DNA of 64,000 nucleotides, taken from NCBI RefSeq assembly GCF_006345805.1, contig NC_043011.1:65174464-65238463 (forward strand). Direction: 5' to 3'. The DNA comes from Octopus sinensis. Its lineage: Eukaryota. Position numbers and translations under genes: made by a program. Each line of letters starts with the position of its first letter. Within the stretch, counting starts at the first letter, position 1. This document shows positions 1 through 11,702 of the stretch, one piece after another. The notes beneath the pieces were generated by a model. That model was not told the DNA's origin. It did not search any database and saw nothing but the letters and a program-made list of their open reading frames with translations.

Positions 1-123
1 CCTTCCCTGAGCCTCTGCTAGAACGTTGCATGTACCTCGCCCTGGGGTTGTTTAGTTTTTTCTTCCTGTTTTGGGGTGGAATTAATTATGTGTGTTTACA
101 CACCCACAAACACACACACACTT

Positions 124-163
<40 letters not shown>

Positions 164-242
164 CATAATCTATCGGTCTGTATATACGTGACAGCGTGCC
201 TATATATGTATGTGTGTGTGCAGATATGTATGTGTATATATG

Positions 243-361
<119 letters not shown>

Positions 362-486
362 GTATATACTAATGTTAAATATGAGACCTTCTGTTCTACT
401 TTCTGCTGGCAATTTAAGTTAGACTGACAGTTTAAATTAAAGATCAATGTAAATTTACGATTTAAAACTTTTCTTTGAAATCCTAG

Positions 487-590
487 GTGTATCAAGTTCC
501 TGCATTATCGGCATGTGTACAGGTTACTCTGGCTTTCGTTGTGGCACCTCCTATAGCGAAAATGCAGGCGTACGTCCTGCCCAGCGGTAG
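487..590 (+). CDS. Exon 2 of secreted Cys-peptide gene, copy A (exon 1 expected upstream of the window)
   Basis: Acceptor ttttctttgaaatcctag| then phase-1 frame (x)VSSSCIIGMCTGYSGFRCGTSYSENAGVRPAQR-TAG. Gapless paralogs at 31417 and 48989; the C copy is identical over all 104 nt. Confidence 0.65.
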
Positions 591-982
591 GTATGAAAAA
601 GTAAGAAGGTTACCAGCATTGTTGTCGTTGTGTCACCGTCTATCGTCAAATTGTGTTCTATTATAATTTAATATTAGACAATATATATATATATAAACAT
701 AGGGTATATAATATATATATATATATATTATATACCCTATGTTTATATATATATATTTTTTTATATATACACTAGTGGAAAAATGGAAAAAATTAGAGAA
801 GGAGATATAATTTATAGACATTTGTATTTCTAACTCATTATTTTGCGAATGGTATTTTGACTGTTTATTCTATAAACTGTGTTCATTATTTAAAACATTG
901 TTTGTACGATGTGATTAATAACTAAATATTTTATAATAGAGAAAATATCAATTTTAGAAATTCATCGTGTACAAAATTACAG

Positions 983-1033
983 ACAGTTTGCAGTAAAATT
1001 CATAATGTAATATCTGACAACACTCGGACCTTG
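983..1033 (+). other. Candidate 51-nt downstream exon (copy A; paralog 31585-31635)
   Basis: ttacag|...cttg|gtaaac. Phase 0 reads TVCSKIHNVISDNTRTL (B: TVCSKIFNVISDNTRTL); phase 2 reads QFAVKFIM* (B: PFAVKFLT*). Weak polypyrimidine tract; C has aag instead of cag. Confidence 0.2.
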
Positions 1034-1069
1034 GTAAACTGATTGACCTAATAATACAAATATTAATAT

Positions 1070-2155
1070 GGTTTAGAAGTGAATATGTAATCATGAAAAT
1101 ACAACAAAATTTTGAAAGCCTGAGGATGCGATTTGTTACATAGGAAAAAAAAGAAAGATTGGAATTGTCTGCTATTATTAGTAACATTAAAGGATCACGC
1201 TTGTTCTCCCATACTCAAGCATCTAAATATGGGAAACCGAAAATCGAGGTTAATCGTTGCCAATGAGCACTAATTTGGACGGATGACAATCTTTATGAAG
1301 AAGCATGCTTGATTGTGCCCTTAGAAAAACAGCAAAAACCACGGAAAACAGGTGTTTTGCAGGAAGGTATGAAACGGAGGCTGCCGTTAAGAGACCTTTT
1401 TAGAACTGCTGCAGGATGTTCTGTGATTGTCCATTTGAAAGATGTCGGTGCTCATGCCTGTTCCCCCGTCACTCATTAATATGATGAACCGAAAAGCGAG
1501 GTTAAGCTTTGCCAAAGAGATCGTAATTTAGATGGATGACAATTGATTCTGTCTGTTCCTCAATGACAAATGCAAGATCAGTTTGTTTGTCTCCGGTAAT
1601 AGGCAGGACATGAGACGGCTGAAAAATGAAGGATTGCTCCCTAAATGCCTGTAGATATGAGTGAAACATTCAGTTAATCTTATAATGATATGGTGAATGG
1701 GTTCTACGGCAGGTGCTGGGCAATTTACCAGGGTCCATACTAATGTGAATGAATCATATATTGAAACATCCAACAAATTACGATAACAAATACTATTCTA
1801 TATTTTCGGCATAACGTGTTACGTACATTATATGCATTGAACGGATAGCTGTCCTCACCTCGTCTCTTCTTACTACAACATCTTGGCAGATGTACTTCCT
1901 AGTATTCATCAGGGTTCTGGTGGAATCTCGAACCGTACTAATTCCGAAGCTATTATTGTTTCTGTTGTTCCTTTTTTTAATAGCGTGAAATCTTATCCAC
2001 TGCGCCATATGCCTATCGGCATTTATAGAGCGAGTTTTGTTACTTACAAACATAACGTTTGTATAAATTTGGGAAATATATCTCCTAAAATGAGACATGA
2101 GAATTAAGTCCATTTCGGGATTATTTAGACGCCATTTATTCAACCGATAATGTAT
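1070..2155 (+). mobile_element. Degenerate Tc1-type transposon fossil
   Basis: Interrupted + frame PLINMMNRKARLSFAKE...DKCKISLFVSGNRQDMRRLKNEGLLPKCL..VKHS..IMIW resembles the Tc1 transposase core (RKARLEFAKEH, DESKFNLFGSDG, VKHGGGSVMVW). Ends approximate. Copies at about 31670-33660 and 49600-50390. Confidence 0.7.
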
Positions 2156-2243
2156 ATATATATAGATACAGAACTGACAGATATCAATAGACACGCCATA
2201 ATACATTGTTTAATATTTATTTTCTTATTTTCATGCTTCTAAG

Positions 2244-2345
2244 GTCATTTTGCTACGCTATATTAACAGCTATTCTACAGACACAAATTATTTTAGAATA
2301 AAGTGCTATATGAGAAGAATATTATGATGAAAACATGCCAATAAA
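2244..2345 (+). other. Candidate terminal exon plus AATAAA (copy A; paralog 33751-33834)
   Basis: Strong pyrimidine tract ...ttttcatgcttctaag|. Phase-0 frame VILLRYINSYSTDTNYFRIKCYMRRIL* (B: LIWLHYINSYSTDTNYFNGNCYMRRIL*), same stop position, AATAAA at 2340-2345. Confidence 0.25.
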
Positions 2346-2984
2346 AACTTGCTGTGGCTTGGAGAATGAAAAAGAGGTAGAAAAAGAAATATAATATTAT
2401 TTGAACTCAAATTAAACGGTATAACGAGACGAATATTTTTGGAGAAACCTCTGTCTAAAAATATTAAACAAAGACATATTATGATTTTTTTTACATTCCT
2501 ATTAATGTTTATTATTCTCTTTAATTCGTATTTATCAAACTATGTACATATTAATACTGTATTAAACTAATAAAATGGGCACTCAGTAAAAATATTAATT
2601 ATTAAATATTTAATACGATAAAAACATTTAATAAAAACATTTAATAAAAATGATATAAAAATATATATTTTTTGTGGTCTATATGCTGCTATCTACCCTC
2701 TATGAATTTTCGGATAGATACAATTTCTAACATTGAAGAAAACATCAAAACATATATAATAGATTGGAACTTTTTCGGTTATATAGATAATTACATTTAA
2801 TTATATTATTAGTAGTGTTACATGCATTAAATATGACTTGTCTAAAAAAAATTGCGGGAGCAATATCATAGCATAGTCTTATTTATTGAACCTGGATAAG
2901 TACATAATAGCATTTCATCCTGGAAAAGAGCAAGATCAAAGTGCAGCTCTATATCTAAGTGATGGGAATTATGTGTATTATTTA

Positions 2985-3125
2985 CATTATTTATATTTGA
3001 CGGTTATTTGTCCTCATGTTGTGTGCTGTTAACACAACGTTTCGGCTGATATACCCCCAGCCTTCATCAGGTATCTTAGGGAAACTTCGGGCCCGGGTTC
3101 TCATACCTATGGTATCTTTTATGTT
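2985..3125 (-). mobile_element. SINE body (same family as 8170-8420) containing a hammerhead-core-like motif
   Basis: Reverse complement matches 8260-8410 and contains CTGATGA-aggctg..cagcc-GAAACGTT. Further copies near 16140-16250, 34490-34640, 36880-37050, 41845-41940 and 51650-51895. Confidence 0.6.
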
Positions 3126-3128
3126 ATC

Positions 3129-3173
<45 letters not shown>

Positions 3174-3323
3174 TTAATAATAACCATCAGAGCATCACAA
3201 CAAATCACAGCACATACCCAAGGCACACAGAGCTGCGCTCGGTAGTGAAGTGAAAGGACGCTATAAAAATAAAAATAAAACTACTGAATAATAATAATAA
3301 CAATAATATTAATAATAATAATG

Positions 3324-3387
<64 letters not shown>

Positions 3388-3398
3388 TAATAATAATA
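3123..3398. repeat. (TAA)n array containing a short LINE 3'-end fragment (3181-3290)
   Basis: Direct reading. 3181-3290 is the reverse complement of 51293-51395 and 35675-35775, which is the 3' end of the minus-strand LINE at 35675-36590. Confidence 0.85.
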
Positions 3399-6300
3399 TC
3401 ACGCTTTTCTTTTTGTGGACTTGCAAAACCCTAAAACTTTCTATGAAAATCTGACTTTTCTTTGCTTCCTCCCAGAATATTCAAATATAAATGTAAACAT
3501 ATACTCTTTATTGCAAAAACACACCTGTTCCTCTAACTGGACATACAAACATCTCTAGAGGGGTCAACTTCAACCTCCACAATATTACCTTGCACAAAAT
3601 ATGCAAACACTTTTTATTGCAATAACACAAACGCACATGGAAAAAATAATGATGCTAAGATTCTCTCTGGTCGATCACAGCTTCTCTATTCACAAACAAT
3701 ACAGAACAGCCCTTCCTAAATTTTTCTTAAGCCTAATAGTAGTAAATATCTGAACTTTTTTTTGACCGATAGGACCGCACCTAGATAAAAAAAAAAAAAG
3801 ACAGTCAGCCAGCCAACCACCAAGCCAGCCAACGAGACAGACAGACACTACTGATAATGATAAAAAAACAAAAATAACAATAACAAGATACTGCTATGAC
3901 TACACATAAAACAATATAATTGATGATGATGGTGGTGATGGTGATGGTGATGATGATAATGATGATGGTAATGGTGGCGATAATGATGATAGTGATGGTA
4001 ATGGTGATGATAATAACAATAATAAGCCGACTACGGCTGCTATAATGGTACGATTATAATTGTAACGGCAATGATGGCCGTCTCCCCACGAGCCAATCAA
4101 AGCTAAAAAATGATAACATTATCGTAGCACCAAAATGTTTTTGGAAACTAAAAGGAAAACTAAATCAGTATACCAAATCGCTTGTCCTATGGTTAATCTG
4201 GAAACGCGTCCCCCAGCGAAGAGCCAGCCTGGGATCGAAAAGTCATCAACTGGCACAAACTCTTCTCCGAATACGGACATGGATGGTCACTTGAACGGGA
4301 AATCCCCCAACTCGAGCCCTCCAAGTTCACCACCACAACCACCACAGAAAGAAAAATGTAAGCGGAACAAATGGACCCGAGAAGAGTATAAAGAAGTAAT
4401 ATACGCTTATTACTATGCATTAGGTAGGCCATCTCAAGAGAGACACACTGCAAACTCTTACAGTATATGGAGAACACGGAATCAAGACAGTAGACCCTAT
4501 TTGGACGAGAACAAATTAGCAAATGTGAGGAGGGATATCTTTAGAAATAACAGACTCACAGACAGTGAAATAAGCGCGATCAAGCACGCAACCGAAAATG
4601 ACATAAATATAAGACACAAAGGAAATGAAGAATCAGATGAACAGTATAGCCCGCCACGAGGCTTAATTGAAAGACTGCCATCTGACCAAAGTACGCAAAG
4701 GCCTGAAGATACAAGAAATTCTATTGTACCTGTTAAAGAGAGCCAGGAAACCGAAAGAACAACAGTAACTGAAGATCTCGCATTTGCTGAAGAACACAAA
4801 GAGTCTATGGCAGAAATGAGGCAGAAAATCCTGAATACGCTTGAAGTTGTAAGACATAGAAGTATGAATGATAGAGAACCGCTTCATAAACTCTCAAATA
4901 CAAACCAAAATAAAAAAACAAATCCAAATTGGCAACTATGTAACAAATGAAATAATACGAGAATTAAAACCTGATTTTACTGAGTTAAATGAAATTATTT
5001 ACGCTTCTGCTAGGGCAATTGAAACCAGCTGTATGCCCCCGAAAAAAAAAAGAAAAGAAAACATGGGAAGAAATCAAACCTGGAGAAGTAAAATTGAAAA
5101 AGAGATTGAATTTATGAGAGGGGAAATATCAATATTAAATGAACTAATATGTGGAAATGATGTAAGATCCAGAACAGGAAGAAAGATGAAGAGAAAATTT
5201 GGATCCTCACCAAGAGAAGAACTGATATCAATAAAAGAAACGCTGAAACAAAAAGTCCAAGCAAAAGCCCAAAGAATACGAAGATTTGAGAAGAGAAACA
5301 GGTTTTACAAGCAAAATAAGCTGTTCACATCCAATGCCAAAAAATTCTACAGAGAAATAGGGAAGGAGAAAGTAACCGTTAAAGTCCACCCTCCTATGGA
5401 AGAAGTTCAAAACTTTTGGAAAAGGATTTGGAGTGACAAGAAGACGTACAACATAAATGCAGACTGGATTATACAAACTGAAGGATCCTACCAACATTTA
5501 CAACAACAAGCATGGGAAGACATCACAATAGCAGACCTAAGAAAGGCACTCACAAAGGCCCATAATTGGAAATCCCCCGGTAAAGATAGGGTGCCGAATT
5601 TCTGTCTCGCATCGCTCCCGTGCGCACACGGTAAGCTAGTTCAGCTGCTCAATGGAATTATGAGAGACCCAAAGAAAACACCTGAATGGTTAGCAAGTGG
5701 CATTACTTACCTACTCCCAAAGAATAACGAAACCAACCTTCCAAAAAACTATCGGCCTATAACCTGTCTATCCACCACGTATAAAGTCCTAACATCTATC
5801 CTGGCGGAGAAAACATATGCATTCATGGAGAAGAACGATATTTTCCCCATTGAACAAAAAGGGTGCCGCCGAAGCTCTTACGGATGCAAAGATCAACTGC
5901 TAATCAATCGTATGATCCTTGAGAACTGTCACAACAAGCGCAGAAATCTCAGCACCGCATGGATTGTCTATAAAAAGTCCTTCGACTGTATACCGCATCC
6001 ATCGATCTTGAGATCGCTGGACATCTTCAAAATTTCCCCTGTGATTTCAAACTTCCTGAAGCACAATATGTCGTTGTGGAATACGAATCTCCAATTATAC
6101 CACTCTAATGGAGTACTTGCCTCAGAAAATATAAACATCAACTGTGGAATTTTTCAAGGTGACTCACTTTCACCTTTAATATTCTGCATAGCCCTAATAC
6201 CCCTTACAAGTGAATTAAACAGAACAGGGTATGGGTATAAAATTGCCAATAAAAAAATAAGCCATCTATTTTATATGGATGAATTAAAACTTTATGGTAA

Positions 6301-7998
6301 AGACAATAATGGACTTGAAGGCCTATTGCGCACCGTGAAATCATTCAGCGATGACATCGGGATGGAGTTTGGACTTGAGAAGTGTGCCAAGGACACTTTC
6401 CAGAAAGGGAAAGTGAAGACCACAAATTCAGTCGTGTTAGATGTTGACACAGTCATAAGAGAGCTTGAACAAGAACAAACATACAAATATTTAGGGATAA
6501 ATGAATGCTCTGGTATTTAGCATGCAAGCATGAAAGAGAAAATCAGGAAGGAATGTTATAGGAGAGTTCGTGCAGTCCTGAAATCTGAACTAAATGCACG
6601 TAACAAGGTGTTAGCTATAAATTCCCTAGCAGTTCCAGTTGTTACTTATAGCTACAATGTGTTGAACTGGAATATGAGTGAAGTAAAGAATATAGATAGA
6701 AAAATACGCAAGCTGCTGAGTTGTAATAGGATGCACCACCCAAAGGCAGACGTAGATCGCCTTTACCTTCCCAGAGCCCAAGGAGGTCGAGGCCTGATCC
6801 AATTTGAACTAGCTTACAAAACAACCACAATTGGACTGGCCAAATATCTCGAAATATCGAATGACTGGATGCTAAAGCTCGTGGAAAATCACGAGAGACG
6901 AAAGAAGCTTCATTCTATCATCAAGGAAAGCAAAAAATTGCTATTGATCTCGTGCAGGATACCCAAACTGAACAACCCGAGGGAAGTACGGCAACTATTG
7001 CTGCAAAGAAGGTGAAAATGATGGCAATGGAAAAAGCGCACGAGCAATTGGCTGATAGGTGGGAGGAGAAACCTCTGCACGGCAAATATGTGACCCGCAG
7101 CAAACAAGCTGATGTTGACCAGAAGCAAACCCATCAGTGGTTGCGGAGCTCAGGGCTAAAAGCAGAGAGCGAAGGTTTCATCCTGGCTGCTCAAGACCAT
7201 AGCCTCTCAACCCGGAACTACCAGGCCAATGTGATGAAAAATGGAGCAGACATGATTGAAACAGTGGACGATATGATTGAAACAGTGGACCACCTAATCT
7301 CTGGATTATAAAGTCTTAGCACCAGTTGAGTATAAATTAAGACATGACAGAGTTGGGCAATATCTCCACTGGCTAATAAGTCGGCATTACAATATCAAAA
7401 CTGCCGACAAGTGGTATAATCACCACCCTGAGGCTGTAACTGAAGGAGAAAATGTAACCATTCTGTGGGACTTTCCAGTACATACAGACCGAACCATCAA
7501 GGCTAATAAACCAGATATTGTTGTGAAAGACCAAAACAATAAAGTTTGCTTATTGATCGACATGAGCATCCCCTGTGATCATAATATCTCAGTTAAAGAG
7601 TTTGACAAGCTCAGAAAATATAAAGACCTACTCATTGAAATTGAGAAAATGTGGCAGCTCAAGGCGGTTACAATACCAGTGATCGTAGGAGCACTAGGAA
7701 TGATCAAGAAGGGAACCGAAAATTATATGAGAATGATCCCTGGCTTACCATCCCTGCAAGAAGTGCAAAATATTGTCTTAACTGGTACACCACACGTATT
7801 GAGAAGAGCATTGTCGTTGTGAGAACTGTTGTTGCTCATGCATTTTAATTTAACTTTAAAAAAAAAAAAAAAAAAATTAACGAACTACTGAGTTTGGTTT
7901 AATGGCCTACCAATATACACTATGAGTTTCTTTGCCTTAGGAGTCGGGAAGACACTCGGTAAGAAATGGAAGAAAATTTGAAAGAAGAAAAGAAAAAG
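3399..7998 (+). mobile_element. Near full-length non-LTR retrotransposon, R4/Dong-like (RT plus C-terminal restriction-like endonuclease), inserted in (TAA)n
   Basis: Flanked on both sides by (TAA)n, carries RT and RLE motifs, absent from the paralogous site in block C (about 51090-51580). Confidence 0.9.
4135..7822 (+). pseudogene. Disrupted single RT-RLE ORF of the LINE (pieces 4135-4950, 4868-6520, 6530-7015, 6952-7311, 7523-7822)
   Basis: Motifs NYRPITCLSTTYK, EQKGC..GCKDQL, GIFQGDSLSPLIF, YKYLG, RHDRVG, KPDIVV..LIDMSIP. Lesions: frameshift in the A-run near 4910, TAG at 6518, YMDE for YMDD, IVYKKSFD for IDYKKAFD, and a short MIETVD duplication where the CxxC of the zinc knuckle should be. 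Confidence 0.9.
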
Positions 7999-8019
7999 TA
8001 ATAATAATAATAATAATAC

Positions 8020-8065
<46 letters not shown>

Positions 8066-8169
8066 CATAATTATTATTATTACTATCATAATTATTATTT
8101 TTTATAATTTTTATATTCATTGCCTGTAATCTAACTGGGAATCATGGTGTTTGTAGCTCGCGCTCTCTG

Positions 8170-8420
8170 GGCATATGGCGTAGTGTTTAAATGCGCGGGT
8201 TACCAACCCCGAAATTCCAAGTTCGATTCAAGGCAGTGACCTTAATAATAAGAATAATTACAACATCGAAAAATAACTCAGGAAGAAGAACCCAGGTCCA
8301 AAATTACTCGCAAGACACCCGATGAATGCTGGAGGGTATATCAGCCGAAACCTTGTCGTATCCACAAACAAAATGAGGACAAAAATCCGTCAAATATGAA
8401 TAACGTAAATAACTTAAACA
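8170..8420 (+). mobile_element. tRNA-derived SINE
   Basis: Head with A-box-like TGGCGTAGTG and B-box GTTCGATTC, internal TAA tract, then the shared body. Copy at 51650-51895. Confidence 0.7.
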
Positions 8421-9293
8421 ATATAAGTAGAATTTAGGCTGAAAAACTTTCCGCTTACGTTAAAATTTGTGAAATAGATTTCTAAATGTATTTTTTTTAG
8501 TGAGAGCAATGAATTTTTCTAAATATATCTTTTGTTTTGTATTGCAAATTTTAAAAATTCTTTCGGATAACATATTTGATATAAACATGTCTTTGTATTG
8601 AGCTAAGAGCTTTCTGGTTTTCAAAAAGTCGAAAATATTTTGCCAGATTAAATTTAAATGATGAAGAGAATCGGACGGTTTTTCTGTTTTGTAAATGGTT
8701 TACAAGCACCTTCCACGCTGCAATTGGATTTGTTTCAGCACACGATCTACGATCGAGTCACTTGTTATGCAAATACGTTTTGGTTTAGATTTATTGACAT
8801 ATTTATGGTACTACGTGACATTCAAGAAGGTTTATCCTTCACAGTGTTATGTCTGTGTGGTTTTGCATCTTGTCTTTTACAGTGGCTAATATTCGGAAGT
8901 AACGGTAGTTGATGGCATTTGCATATCTGCTAATCGTTCTATACATCGAGTGTTATATATGAGTTATCCTTCATTTATTTCAGTGTCACATTTCAGTTTC
9001 TCTTGAGAAATCTTTTCGTCTTATGTTTTTGCTCAATTTTTAACATTTGTGGCATTCGGGATAATAACTTTGTACTCTGTAAATTCTCCAATCAATTAAC
9101 TTGATATTTTTAATGAGTTGATACGATAAAAATGAAGAACAAATATTTTTCCTTGTTTCTTCTAAGCTTCCAGTCATTTACTCGGGATATTCTTGGCAGG
9201 ATTTCTGTATAATGTTACCAGGCTCAGAATTTCGTTTTAACTTCACGAGTGTTTTTTCTCAGCGGTTATCAAGTTGTTTTCAACGAACACATA

Positions 9294-10578
9294 CGAGGAA
9301 TGTTCAATAAGTAATGCCCCTGACCCACTTGCAGTTGTTTGATCTAGCTGAAACTTTGCATGTGCAAATATTCATATCTCTATAGATTAAGTGGCAAATT
9401 ACAGCTCTGAACTAATTGTGGTTTCTGATTCACAGGTGTTTGAACTGAGTCAGGTCTGAAATGGAGCCTATTAGGTGTCGAGCAGTGATCCGGTTTTTGT
9501 ATTTGAAAGGACGCACACCATGGGAGACTTTTGATGAAATGAAAGTAACTTATGGTGATGATGCCCCATCATATGACCTTGTAAAACGCTGGCATCGTGA
9601 ATTCAAACATGATCGGAACTCTTTGGGAACAGCTCCCAGATCTGGTCGCCCCCCTTCTGCCATTGATGAGGCATCTGTCCGTTAAGTTGAGGCTGCCATT
9701 TTGGAAGATCGACGCATAACTTTTCGCCAAATAGCCCATGAGGTCAAGATTGGTACCGGGTCTCTGGAAACTATCATTCATGACCATTTGCATATGCAAA
9801 ACGTGTCTGCCAGATGGATTCCCAGGTTGCTCAAACCTTTCCAGAAGCAAGAACGCGTCGAGTGCTCGAGGATGAATTTGGAGATGTGCCAAGAAGACGA
9901 GTCAACATTTTTCAAAAGGCTGATTACACAGGATGAAACCTGGCTCCATCACGATGACCCAGAGAACAAATCCCAGTCAATGCAGTGGAAGCACCGTGAC
10001 TCACCTCCTCCCAAAGAAGGCAAGGGTGCAGCCCTCGCTGGCAAGGTCATGCTCACAGTCTTCTGGAACCAAAACGGAGTAGTGATGACAGGTTTCCTGG
10101 CAAAGGGTACCACAATTACAGGGGCCTATTATGCTTCACTTTTGAGGAAATTAAGAGAAGCTATCAAAATCAAGAGGTGGGGCAAGATCAGCAAAGACAT
10201 CCTCCTCCTGCAGGACAACGCTCTGGTCCACAACTCGCTTGTCGCCAGATCAGAAGCGCAGGCGTGCGGATATGAACTCCTTCCCCGACTCTCCTGACCT
10301 TGCACCCTCTGATTTTCACCTCTTCCCAGCCATGAAGTTGTTTTTGAAAGGAAAGCGTTTCCCAGATGATGCAGCCTTGATTTCTGAAGTCACGTCGTGG
10401 TTGGAGGACCAAGCTGGGGTCTTCTACAAAAGCGGTCTCTAGAGCTGCATCAAATGATTGGAGAATTGCGTAACTCTGGGTGGTTCCTATGTAGGAAAAG
10501 ACTAATAACTGTGCCAAATTTCGTTGCTCTACTTCTATGGGAAGTGGGTTAGGGGCATTACTTATTGAACGCCCCTCG
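9294..10578 (+). mobile_element. Mariner (DD34D) transposon, full length, transposase pseudogenised
   Basis: TIRs cgaggaatgttcaataagtaatgcccctgacccactt / aagtgggttaggggcattacttattgaacgcccctcg with TA duplications. Motifs WIPRLL, ITQDETW, LLQDNA, SPDLAPSDFHLF. Stop at 9683 and a frameshift near 10285. Confidence 0.95.
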
Positions 10579-11249
10579 TAACTATACTGATAATATTGGC
10601 TTTCCTCAAATTGAAAATAAGGTAAAATTGTAAATTATTGTCATAAGTAAAGTTATGGACATTCTCCTAATGAAATTGAAACTCTTATTAACAAAATAGT
10701 CATGTGATACAACGTAAAGACTTAAAAAAATTACGAAGCAATAAAGAAATAGATTTCAGCGTTTACTTCTCAGTTATTCTTACAGCAACTCTCAAATATA
10801 TATATTGTAGAATCAATAAAATTACAAATAATGTCAATCGTTATTGCACCATTCTCTTCATTTAGATTTGCATTATTACATTAACGGCAATTACAGTAAG
10901 GAGCAGTGTTTGCATGGACTTCTGAAATGAGAATAGGTAACGTTATATCGATAACAATCTGTATTCCTAAATATGGAAATTGATTGGATATGAAGTTTGT
11001 GTCTATCGCAAATTTAACGTGCGTTTTCTGAAACAAATATCGATATTTCGGTCGAATATTTCATTCGGTTAAAGTATTGGTTATGGTAGTAGGACACTAA
11101 TGCATGATTAGTAACATGATATCGATTCTCTCATAATAAGGTAATCGTCAGTATGTGTATCGTACAAACTGTCCATTAGAGATGGTTACAAGGTGTAGTC
11201 CAGCATTTACGACGACGATGAACACAGCTGATACGATCAACGGAACAGC

Positions 11250-11515
11250 TTGCTCCTGACATTAACGTGCAACTGGCTGAGTAATCCACAGACACTTGTA
11301 CCCTGAACGTAGTTCTCATGGAGAATCAGCGTGACGCAGAATATGACATGGGTGGCTCTTTAAAATACAGGTACTACTTTGTTTTTGCCAGCTGAGTCGA
11401 CCTAAGCAAAGTTAAATAAAGTGTCTTGCTCAAGGCCACAACGCGTTGCCGTGAACGGAACTCACCACCTTATGACCGTTAGCCGGTTGCCCAAACCACT
11501 AAGCTACTCGCTTTC
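11250..11515 (-). mobile_element. Probable tRNA-derived SINE
   Basis: Contains gtgtcttgctcaaggccacaac, a motif typical of SINE cores, next to a tRNA-like end. Copy at about 54545-54810. Confidence 0.5.
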
Positions 11516-11702
11516 ACTGGTGATGGTTATATTTCCCATGAATAATATTTCTATTGCCATTCTAATGGCCCAGGAATTGACAAATAGCGAAGGTTGTCTG
11601 AGTCCAACATATGAAAACTATGACGATGCAATCAATACTACTCTTAGTATAATGCGAGCGCGAAATATGCAGATCTTTTTACCCTTTTTTTCAAAATATT
11701 TA

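Noticed and set aside
608-665. CCRC-containing frame just after the copy A stop
   Set aside because: Joining it would need an intron of about 22 nt, and the segment is absent from B.
8170-8245. tRNA-like sequence
   Set aside because: SINE head: no intact cloverleaf, and it continues into a repeated body.
8658-8697. MMKRIGRFFCFVNG, 40 nt followed by GT, resembling exon 1
   Set aside because: Charged residues in the would-be hydrophobic core, weak donor (gtttac), and the block B paralog near 37255 lacks the ATGs.
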